Below are positions 11,575 to 21,700 of a stretch of 64,000 nucleotides of DNA, in pieces. The translations under genes and the position numbers were made by a program. Each line of letters opens with the position of its first letter. Within the stretch, counting starts at the first letter, position 1. Source of the DNA: Haplodiscus bocki (lineage: Eukaryota); assembly GCA_965655095.1 (NCBI GenBank), contig OZ296648.1:8556001-8620000 (forward strand). The letters are read 5' to 3'. The notes below the pieces were generated by a model, which saw only the letters and a list, made by a program, of their open reading frames with translations, did not search any database and was not told the DNA's origin.

Positions 11575-11706
11575 CGCAGTTACATTGTTTCATCTCGGGA
11601 TGAAACAGATGAAAAGTTGAAACAAATTTCTATCCAAGACGGAACAATTTTACTTCCAGGATGAAACAAAAGACAGAACAAGATGAAAAAAAAAGATGGA
11701 ACAAAC
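11575..11706. repeat. Cluster of GATGAAACA-like subterminal repeats with a hairpin; probable 3' terminus of the DUF6729-like transposon (all units)
   Basis: tgtttcatc-tcgg-gatgaaaca forms a 9-bp stem (perfect in units 2-5, e.g. 19455-19476). It is followed by ~7 gatgaaac/gacggaac/gatggaac variants, directly beyond the 3' end of the minus-strand ORF. Confidence 0.55.
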
Positions 11707-13225
11707 TTAGCTCATGATTAAAAATCCTTGGGGTTGATTGTATTTTCTTCGATTGTTTATATTAGTTAGTTCTTGAGTGTTGATGCTGTCCCGAACGTCT
11801 TGGGTGTTGAACTGGAATGCACTGAATCCTTTGGCTGAGGCGGGTTCTGTGCTTGGTGGTCCCTGGACTGCGGGGCTGGTGACTTTACGGAGTACGGTCA
11901 ATTGCTTCCTTTCATGTTTTCGAGCTTCAATATGTTCTTTTTGTGCTTTAATTCAATCCTCCTGGGCAATATTTGGGTTGGTTTTGAGGCAAACTCCTTT
12001 TCCCCGGTTTTGCGTATGAGCAGGGTCTGTAGCCAGGCCTCGACAACTAGAACAACTGTATTTCTGCATCTTTTTCTGACTGGCTTCAACCCCAGCAGCA
12101 GCTGGTTGGAAGGACTTTTTCCTCCTCCATTGTATTGTTCGACCCAGCCGACGTTGATCGAGGTTTTGCATTATCGGTTGTATCTATTGGCTCTTCGAAA
12201 ACAAGACAACTTCGGTCGGGGCGGAGGAAAAGCTGATAATAAGGAGCATGGTTTCTCGAGGGCTGGTAGAGGCTGGCTACTGATTACAGTTGAAATTTCT
12301 TCGTTTCGAGGCTTGTCTTTGAACCACAACTGAACAGTCCGTAAGTTGACATTAAGCAAAGAGGAAAACTCTTGGAGGGTCACTGTGTTCATGACCCGAT
12401 TTCGAATGGCCTCATAGTCATTGAGCATTGGCTTGTAATGTGATGTATACTCGCATTTGCTGGGCGTCATTTTTTGCATTGGTCGGAGATATTTCTGCGG
12501 GAGATGGCAAAAAAATGGCTTCGGTAGTGCGATTTTTCCGAACAGATTGTGCTGTAAATCCAGCACTCACGAAGCCCCCGTCGATTTTGTTCGACTCCAA
12601 TGTGCCCCGACCGGCGAACACCGAAACGTGAAGTTGTGAACGGTTTGAATTGTAGCCCATACGACACTGCTTTTTTGTCAAACTCTTGCAATTCTTCGTA
12701 AAGCTTGACAATATTTTCAACTTCACTTTCATTGTTTTTTAGTCGAGTTTTTCCAACTTCCAGTAGGTTTTTGGCCAGGTTTTCGACTTTATCCCAACCA
12801 GCAACGCCCCGCTGGTCTGGCCGCCCAGAAGCTTCATAATCGGAGGAATATCTTCCTCCCCGCTGCTTTTTTTCGGGAGATATATCGTTACTGCTTCTCT
12901 ATCCAAATTGTTGATCGAGGGTCCTGGTTGCTGAATCAATTCCAGATTGTCCATCTTTTCTTCCAGCTGGTTATGGTTAAAATGCTGCAAGGCATATTGT
13001 TTGTACTCGCTGATTGGTTGTGGCTTGGTTAGATAATTAAGAATAAATAAGATTCAAATGGAAGCACTGCCTCGCTTTTGTTGTGTAATCTTCCGTTACG
13101 CCACTAATTTGGAATGATTTTCTAGCTAGCTGCCTTGACAGGGCTGAATTAAATCAGAACGTTTTCCCTTCCATTTCTTTTCCCTTTTTTCCGCCGTTGA
13201 CAACGAAGGTTTTCCCATGGCCTTC
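11707..13225 (-). pseudogene. C-terminal part of a large transposase-like protein resembling the DUF6729-associated family (unit 1; copies ~19570-21090, 27790-29215, 34690-36215, 41705-43230, 50280-51805, 57190-58725)
   Basis: Joining frames (best in unit 4) gives GVAGWDKVEKLAKNLLE..NIVELYEELQELDKKAVSY..SRFGARRSGHIGVEQ..SRYKLMLNDxEAIRxRV..LINVNLRTVHLWF..FEEPIDTTGHAKLRR..YSCSxCxx.ATDPxHTQNRGKRFCP..IAQEDxI. I recognise this motif series, including the terminal CxxC-H-C knuckle, from DUF6729-type animal TE proteins. The catalytic core is absent. Support is strongest at 11870-12830. Confidence 0.6.
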
Positions 13226-13230
13226 CAGCT

Positions 13231-13498
13231 GCAATTGAACCATTCTTCACTGGAGGAAGATATGAATTTGTTGTAATTTACTTTTTTGAGTCAACGTTAT
13301 TTTAAGTTATCGCCTATCATAAGAGACAACAGTTGTATTCTTTTTTTATTGAACGAACTGCTAAAACACCAGAGTTGTTATAATGATGTAGCAATTTTTG
13401 CTTTGAGCCATGAAGTGTTGAAAGCTTTGTGTAGAGAAGCATGGAAAGCGAAACATAACTATCCTATGAATGATAGTTTAGATGACGGAGAAGATTAA
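13231..13498 (+). pseudogene. C-terminal fragment of an A32/FtsK-like genome-packaging ATPase of Polinton/adintovirus type (unit 1; copies 21096-21363, 29219-29485, 36220-36486, 43235-43501, 51810-52076, 58729-58995)
   Basis: Consensus AIEPFFTRGRH...YFLSQRYFKLSPIIRDNS..LF....YNDxA..LSHEVFKALCRxAWKAKHNY..ID. It carries the arginine-finger RGRH, the Q sensor (LSQ), IRDN and the FKxLCxxAW..Y..ID tail. Walker A and B are absent. Confidence 0.85.
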
Positions 13499-13579
13499 TG
13501 TATAAAAAACGAATAAATTTTACCCCTTCGACGCAACTTTTTTTTGGTCATGAAATGAAAGAAACCGTTCAGGTCTTTT

Positions 13580-14430
13580 ACGGGTAGTAAACACTTATAG
13601 TGTTCTGTAGTTACAGAACCATACTCTTGAAGCTTGTCTGCTACAGCTGCACTTTCCCCACTATGTGGGAAGAATAATTTCCCCTAATTTTTTCATTGTC
13701 ATTGTAGTTGATCAACTAATTCATAAGGTTGTGTTCAGGTAAGTAGAGATAAACTGTGTTGCAGTTTTCGTGCGCAACCTTTCACCTTCTATTCTTCAAT
13801 TTCAATCTCTAACTTCTAGACCTTTAATCAATTTGCATCTCTCATGTTTATCATCTCCATGTTTCTGATCGTATTCGAAATCCTTATAAAATTATTTTAT
13901 GAAATGTTTTTTTTCGATATTTTTTTATAAACTGTTTTGGGTCAAAAGTAAGCAAGTTGTAACCAGTAATTTTTGAAAAAGTACCTTTCTGAAATGTTCT
14001 ATTTGAAGCTTTGGTATTTTTTGGTAATTTAATTTTTACTACCTTTCGATCTTGGTGATTGATGCAAAATTTGAAAAAAATCACTTGCATTTTTGTCAGT
14101 CAGCAAATTGGAAGCAATAGGTTCGAACAATACCAGTATCCTTTACATCTGATTCAATCAATTCATTTAGAATTTCTATTTTCCTCAGATAATCTATCAT
14201 ATCCTTCTATTCCTTTTTGAATGCTTTCTAGATTTTTCATTTCCAGGTGTAAATGCTTTTGATATATCCGCAGCTGCTTTTTTCCTGTTTAATCGATGGT
14301 TCAACTTCTCGTTCCATATTATAGTACTAACTTTTTCCACTCCGTTTTTCCCCCAATAATTGCTTGGAATTGTTTTCTAGATTGTTGAAGTTTCCTCTAA
14401 AATGTTCCCCAGTGTTGATTGTGAACATTT
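13580..14430 (-). pseudogene. Conserved Polinton uncharacterised protein with a C-terminal 'PNELVDRL..GN..I.DKL.E' motif (unit 1; all units)
   Basis: Frameshifted pieces MFTINTGEDF.., EPIASNLLTDKN, YKDFEYDQKHGDDKHERCKLIK, PYELVDQLQ, GNYSSHIV and SAAVADKLQEYGSVTTEHYKCL. Convergent with the ATPase. Confidence 0.6.
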
Positions 14431-14449
14431 CTGTTCCTCTCGTATATCT

Positions 14450-14871
14450 GATGAAATTAATGAGTTTTACCATAACATCATCCTTCGCCTTGATGAATCG
14501 GTTTTGAAACGAAAAGTGCAGTTCCAGTTATGGCTTAAAAATTCCTTGCTGGCACAGCAGTTTATATATCAGCAGCAATTGCTAATACCCTAGAACTATT
14601 TTTTAGCAATTTTAATACCAATATTTTTTCACTGGTTTAGCAATTGATTTGCCAATCGACTCTAAGAGAAAATACTTAACCCTTCTGCTGCTATAGTATG
14701 TTGAGACAAAATCCTAGTTTTATTTCTACCTACAACACAATTGCCTCGCAATAATTTTATCTACTTACCAGTCTTCTTATTATACCTCTCTTGTCTAATA
14801 TTAGTTTTTCCTGCATGGTTTTTCCCGCCATGGCATAAGGAATTAGTTTCTAGTTTTTGATAACTGTTCAT
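14450..14871 (-). pseudogene. Polinton/adintovirus-type small protein: DUF5679-like zinc ribbon plus amphipathic (protein VI / cupiennin-like) helix (unit 1; all units)
   Basis: MNSYQKLETNSLCHGGKNH..NKKTGK*IKLLRGNxVVGRNKTRxLSQHTIAAEGLGNF / SIGKSxAKPVKK..LKNSSRVLAIAADI..RNF..IHQGxG.YGK. The 'EGLGxFF..GK..AK..K...LKN' amphipathic pattern and the terminal GxG resemble the putative membrane-lytic ORF of these elements. Confidence 0.62.
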
Positions 14872-14914
14872 TTACAATTTGGAGTTTTTCCAACTGACAA
14901 TAATGAAATTAGGG

Positions 14915-15400
14915 TTTTCTGATTTTTTTAACCTGTATTTATGTTGAAATTTCTCCAATGAAATGAACTGGATTATGATCATCATCTATGTAGAATTTAT
15001 TGTCGTTAAGTGGCTCTTATTACGTTATACAGAATTGATGAGCTTTCTTTAGGAATTTTCAAACCTGGCGTTGCAATAAGACTAAATGGTTATAAAAATC
15101 TCTCACGAAATCCATTTACAATTGATCCATCGAAACATTACATTTCAGATAGATTCTGTCCATGGTAGATCTTTTTATAGGTTTTTCACCTAATGGTGCT
15201 CCAGCTGCGTGTTTTGTTTCTGTAAAGGCTACCACCTTATGAACTGTGAATTGAAAATTTTATCATGTCATTAGGGGTTGTTAGAATTGTTTCCACAGTT
15301 TTTTCATCAGCCTCATTTTCTTCCTCCTTCAAGACAATTTTCACATTGGCTCACTCATATATATACCAGTACCAGGTAGCAATCCGTAGATGGAATCGAG
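14915..15400 (-). pseudogene. Penton / minor capsid protein (single jelly-roll), C-terminal half, Polinton/adintovirus type (unit 1; all units)
   Basis: Motif series GEKP...INKIYLK.NCxDGSxVNGxRE..L..FSL..TPGLKI.EE...ILY..INKS..FYLDDDHNPVHFxGE matches the Polinton minor-capsid pattern (C.I.GS..NG....L..F....PGYKI.E.P....Y......D.....V.F.GE). Confidence 0.8.
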
Positions 15401-15404
15401 TTTT

Positions 15405-16300
15405 CATCGAAAGCTCCATGTATTCAATTTTATTTTCCTTCTTCTTTTCTCGATGCTCCAAAACAGTCAGTTGTTCTGCTTTTCGTGAGCACAATTAGTG
15501 TTATTTGTAGATCAGAAACAGGGTCTTACGAGTCAACAAAGTTGCAGTTTCAGGGTTGGTTTAATAATCTGATGATTGTAGCCTTGTCGCTATCTTGAAA
15601 TAGTCGTTTTTTGAGAAGCGTTGATACAGTTGCACCATCGAAATCAATCATCCGAGCTTATTCCGACAAAGAGAATTGAAATTGAATCAGTAGGTACGCT
15701 GAATTCCACGTTGGTGTTCCGTGAACACATGAAAGCTGCTCTGGGTTGCCATTGCTGGTTACCACAATGCCTCTCATTGGCAAAGTGGACTCATTGATGT
15801 ATCGGAAAACTGAATCCATAACGGACCATAGCTCACTGCTAATCAAACCGGTCTCTTCCACAATTACTGCGTCAACCTCTTTCAGGACAGCGAGTTGAAT
15901 GCGTTGCCTGAAAAGCTTGCAGATTGTCCGTTCAGCATTTTCTGCGAGGAACCGCGGTCAGTAAGTGGCATAGCCATTAGGCAATGTATGAGTTCCTCCA
16001 AGGTGCTGCCTTCGCTGCTGACAGTGTTCTGATTACACAACCCACTTCAGGTCTTTCGAGAAAGCGTATGTGAGAGCATTCAATGAGGCCGTGGGTTTGT
16101 CTGTTCCGGGACATCCGAGAGCAAAAACGTGGGGAACGAATGCTTTGGTTTCAGCCAAATATGCGTTAAGAGCATCTATGAACATTGCGAGGAATCTCTG
16201 TTGCTGTTCAAATGACTGGTTTGACTGCTTCGGCGTTTGGTTCATTTTATGCCTGACAGAAAGAGGACTCTGTGTACCGTCAACACAATTCCAATATTAA
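15405..16300 (-). pseudogene. PIF1-family (SF1B) helicase fragment, motifs I-III region (unit 1; copies ~23285-24200, 31410-32300, 38415-39300, 45415-46310, 53990-54790, 60910-61720)
   Basis: One long frame with stops: ALGCPGTDK (Walker A, G>D), RRQHLGGTH (motif Ia/Ib), DAVIVEETGLISSEL..MDSVFRY..PMRGIVVTSNGNPEQL (motif II, then PFGG and GDxxQL motif III equivalents), FQFSLSE*AR. The C-terminal RecA-like domain is absent; the fragment abuts the penton remnant. Confidence 0.85.
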
Positions 16301-18710
16301 TTGCCTTTTTAACGTATCTATTTCTGAATCGTTCTAATATATGCATTAATTCAATTAATTGTTCAATGTTCAAGATTTGGTAAATGAAAGGCATCATCCT
16401 CACGATTTGGATGAGGACGGTGTATTCCGTTTCCATATTTTTTAGCCAGACATGTTTTCATTCGCAGATGATATTCAGGTGTTTATGATCTTTCTTAAAT
16501 TTTAGTGACGAGACAAGCCCGTTGACAAAGACAACTTCCTGGCCCAAAAAGTGCATGGGACCCATTCTACCGGACCGAATTTCACCAGTGCCATTGAACT
16601 GTCAGCCATCACGGTGTGATTTTTGTTGCTGCCTTCCAAGAAGTCGTCGCGTAGTACGATGGGGTATTTTAAGAATTTCTTCCGTCAGCCTTTTTTCGCA
16701 AGAAAGCTCGTTTTGGCGAGGTTAGACGCAACCACAGAGCAATCTTGTTGTGATTAAAGAGGTTTGTTGACGGCGCTCGATTAATTCCCGGGAGCCCATG
16801 CTGACAAAAAGCAGTCTCTGCTCTTCGTGGTTTTTATTGTCAAAATTGGTCTCCTTACCGTCCCCCAAAAATAGCTTGCGTTCCGACATGTTTTCAGTAC
16901 TAAGGGGATCCACCTTGTTCAAAATCAGGTATAATAGCTACGGAAAGAAAGAGGGACTACGTATTACGGGTGGAACGAAAAATTAAGCTGCGCAGGAGAA
17001 TAAAAGCAACTGTGCAGCAACAGCAGGCAACTGGATAACTGCTTCCTATACGCGGTGGCCGCCAAGGCGCAGGGCACAATGTTTTAATGTGAAAATTAGC
17101 AAAAATGCCTTCTTCTAGCACAAAAACTTTAGTTTCTCGGGAACTAAGGAAGATAGCGTCAAGGGGTCTCCATTTTAGTAAACTATGGAGAAATGATTAT
17201 CACTTTGGGGTTTTCTCCAGAAACATCTACCTGCCAAAACCTAATCTCCCTCTTGCTCAAAATGTGGCCGATTTTCCTCAATTTTCGCGTGATTTCTCTC
17301 TAGACTATTTTTGCAGAAAACTGTTGGCGAGATTTTCGCCGTCTTTCCGTCCAGAAATAGGGTTTCAGTCTTTGAATACACCGCAATCTTTAAATACACC
17401 CTTGGCGCAGTCTATCGGTTTATATTGGCTTCATCATCCTTTGGTCAATAGACTGTCGTGACCTGCCCTATTTCTACCGACCAATATATTAAGATGGAAC
17501 TATTTTCTCTCTATGCTTCGAGTCATCCTCATAGCGACTCTGGTTTTGGATAACTTTTACGCTGAGCGCCCATCTGTACTTGATTGAAATTGAATGAGAT
17601 GTAAAGTCTGACTCATCCATCTTGAAATGCAGAGTAACTGCGCGTTCCGCTCGAAGTAACGTTTGCAATTTTAGTGAGAACTTTAATGAGAGATTGCCGG
17701 CTAATCACTGAAACAAGCAATAACAATGTATCCGCAGCTGCGAGCGCTCGCTACTGCCAAGGAACAATGGACTACGACACCCTCTATAATTCTTTTTTCA
17801 AACCTAAACAGGTGCTGCCGCCTGGTTGAGTTCAGTACGACTGGTGGTAAGCCTGATTAGCTAAGGGAAACTTTCTTCCAATGGTATTTCCAGACTTTGT
17901 TTAAGTGATTGACGGCAGTTTTTTCACCAAGAATCTGGTATTTTTTCGTCTTGGGACATTTCTGAAAGTTCGACCTCTGAAATTGACCTGATCTTTGTTT
18001 GCTGGCTTTTTGACCTGCTTCACCATTTTTTCAGAAACGAAGGATACCTGCGACACCCCGGTTCTCATAAAGAAGTTATTTAGAGAAAGGATCAGCGGAG
18101 ATTTTCGGAATTCCAAAAAAATTGCACCATTTTTCAGTCTCACGGCAAACTTTAATTTATACCAGTTTATTCACACAAGAAGGTTTTAACTACAATGTTT
18201 ACGGAACTACGCCACATTTTGTATGGTTGGGAGCATTCATTAAAGTAATTAATTGTCACGTCACGATGACGAAGCGAACCTCGACTGTCGGCTGAGATCG
18301 AAAGTGCAAGCTGATCACAAAAAATATCAATGCTAAGGACGAAATTCGATGCAGCGTGAAGTTCTGAAAAGAAAACGCGACAAAATTAGAACAGTTATGT
18401 TCTAACCAACTAATTCCTTCCGTAACACTTCCAGAAAAGGCGCCTTAGTGCATGCCGGCTGTGAATAACGCCAGTAGCCGAGTATTCTGACTTTTTTGGA
18501 AAAAAAATTGAGTTAAAATAAGTAACTATCAAGATTGTTGCTGGAAGACAGATTCAAATGAGTTAACGGCTTTCAGCAGCATTTCAATCATTCGAGTCGT
18601 TCTGGCAGTACGAGCTCATTGACAGAAGGGCGGTTTAGAACAAATGGCGCTTTACTCGTCTTCCAGAAATTAAATTAGACGTTATCAATACAGTAGACGA
18701 GGGTTAAAAT

Positions 18711-21700
18711 ATCAGAACGAGATCGTGGTGTGTTTGGCAGACTTGCAAAATGCAGATTTGATGAAAACCTGTCGCATTACAAGTAACCCTTGACGTTGAT
18801 TATTCAAAATGAACTTTTTTAATTAGTAATAACCTTTTTGCGCGGCCGAATAATAATGGAAGAAATACAAAAAGCTGGTGGAATAAATGAACAGTTGGGA
18901 TTCCACAGATATCCAGCTATAGAATCCGCTACACAATCAGTACCCGAATCAAAATCTAGTTGTACTAAATGATTAAACAAAGTATACTCGGTAATGAGTA
19001 TCTTGAGACTGATAAGTTTTATATCGAAAAAACCAAAGGAGTGCTAAATGTGAAGAATTAGCTTCAAAAATTGTAAAGTGGTCTATTTGTGAGAAATAAT
19101 TGTTGAAGAATTTTTCAACAATTCTTATTTATTATTCTTCTTAAATCGTTCTATTTTAACAATAAGAAAACAATACATAATACAGCAACTGTGTGAATAG
19201 ATTCACTAGTATATGCATCCTGTGGAAACGAAAAAACTAATAGAACCTGAATTGTAGGTCGTTTTGTAGGAAAACCTATCATATGCTGAGTAATTTACTA
19301 CTAGCACCCGAATGTCAAAACTTAAAAATAGTAGCTCGATGTCCCCAACAGTGTTCTGGCAACTATGTTCGTGAAGAAATTGCATTTTGAATTGATGAAT
19401 GAAAGTTTATGTTGTTCTTTTTGATAGTACGTTACGTTCTAAGCGCAGTTGCATTGTTTCATCTCGGGATGAAACAGATGAAAAGGTGAAACAAATTTCT
19501 ATCCAAGATGGAACAATTTTACTTCCAGGATGAAACAAATGACGAAACAAGATGAAAAAAAGATGGAACAAACTTAGCTCATGATCAAAAATCCTTGGGG
19601 TTAATTGTGTTTTCTCCGATTGTTTATATTAGTTCTTGAGTGTTGATGCTGTCCAGAACGTCTTGGGTGTTGAACTGGAATGCACTGAATCCTTTGGCTG
19701 AGGCGGGTTCTGTGCTCGGTGGTCCCTGGACTACGGGGCTGGTGACTGTACGGAGTACGGTCAATTGCTTCCTTTCTTGTTTTCGAGCTTCAATATGTTT
19801 TTTTTGTGCTTTAATTCAATCCTCCTGGGCAATATTTGGGTTGGTTTTGAAGCAAACTCCTTTTACCCGGTTTTGCGTGTGAGCAGGGTCTGTAGCCAGG
19901 CCTCGACAACTAGAACAACTGTATTTCTGCATCTTTTTCTGACTGGCTTAACCCCAGCAGCAGCTGGTTGGAGGGACTTTTTCCTCCTCCATTGTGTTGT
20001 TCGACCCAGCCGACGTTGATCGAGGTTTTGCATGATCGGTTGTATCTATTGGCTCTTCGAAAACAAGACAACTTCGGTCGGGGCGGAGGAAGAGCTGATG
20101 ATAAGGAGCATGGTTTCTCGAGGGCTGGTAGAGGCTGGCTACTGATTACAGTTGAAATTTCTTCGTTTCGAGGCTTGTCTTTGAACCACAACTGAACAGT
20201 CCGTAAGTTGACATTAAGCAAAGAGGAAAACTCTTGGAGGGTCACTGTGTTCATGACCCGATTTCGAATGGCCTCATAGTCATTGAGCATTGGCTTGTAA
20301 TGTGATGTATACTCGCATTTGCTGGGCGTCATTTTTTGCATTGGTCGGAGATATTTCTGCGGGAGATGGCAAAAAATGGCTTCGGTATTGCGTTTTTTCC
20401 AAACAGATTGTTCTGAAAATCCAGCACTCACGAAGCCACCGTCGATTTTGTTCGACTCCAGTGTGCCCCGGCCGGCGAGCACCGAAACGTGATTTTGTTA
20501 ATGGTTTGAATTGTTGCCCATATGACACTGCTTTCTTGTCCAGCTCTTGCAATACTTCATAAAGCTTGACAATGTTTTCAATTTCACTTTCATTGTAATA
20601 TAGTCGAGTTTTTCCTACTTCCAGTAGGTTTTTGGCCAGTTTTTCCTTTTTATCACAACCAGAAACGCCCTGCTGGTCTGGCCACCAAAAAGCTTCATCA
20701 TCAGAGGAATATCTTCCTCCGCTGCATTTTTTCGAGAGAAATATCGTTACTGCTTCTGTATCCAAATTGTTGATAGAGGGTCCTGGTTGCTGAATCAATT
20801 CCAGGTAGTCCATCTTTTCTTCCACCTGGTTTTGATCAAAATGCTCCAAGACAGTTTGTTTGTACTCGCTGATTGGTTGTAGTAGCTTGGTTACATAATT
20901 AAGAATAAATAAGGTTGAAATGGAAGCACTGCCTTGCTTTTCTTGTGTAATCATCTGTGAGGTCACTACTTTGGAATGATTTTCTAGCTACCTGCCTTGA
21001 CAGGGCTGAAGTAAATCAGAACTTTTCGCCTTCTTTCTCCTTTCTTCCCTTTTTTCCGCCGTTGACAACGAAGATATTCCCCCGGCCTTCCATCTGCATT
21101 TGAACCATTCTTCACTCGAGGAAGACATGAATTTATTGAAATTTACTTTTTTGAGTCAACGTTATTTTAAGTTATCGCCTATCATAAGAGACAACAGTTG
21201 TATTCTTTTTTTATTGAACGAACTGCTAAAACACCAGAGTTGTTATAATGATATAGCAATTTTTGCTTTGAGCCATGAAGTGTTCAAAGCTTTGTGTAGA
21301 GCAGCATGGAAAGCGAAACATAACTATCCTATGATTGATAGTTTAGATGACGGAGAAGATTAATGTATATAAAACGAATATAAAATTTTACTCCCTTGAC
21401 GCAACGTTTTTAGCTCATGAAGTGAAAGAATCAGTTTAGGACTGTTGGTCTTGTGAGGGTTGTAAACACTTATGCTGTTCTGTAGTTACACAACCATACC
21501 CCTGAAGGTTATCTGCTACAGCTGCACTTTCCCCACTATGTGGGAAGAATAATTTCCCCTAATTTTTTTATTGTCATTGGTAGTTGATCAACTAATTCAT
21601 AAGGTTGTGTTCAGGTAAGTAAAGACAAACTGTGTTGCAGTTTTCGTACGCAACCTTTCACCTTCTATTCTTCAATTTCAATCTCTAACTTTTAGACCTT

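Larger units (their letters stand above)
10842..18710. repeat. Macrosatellite unit 1 (7,869 bp)
   Basis: Anchor-to-anchor distance; internal deletions at ~17367 and ~17790. Confidence 0.93.

Noticed and set aside
18600-18760. Canonical Helitron termini (TC ... hairpin-CTRR) at unit junctions
   Set aside because: No CTRR with an adjacent GC-rich hairpin at the junction on either strand.
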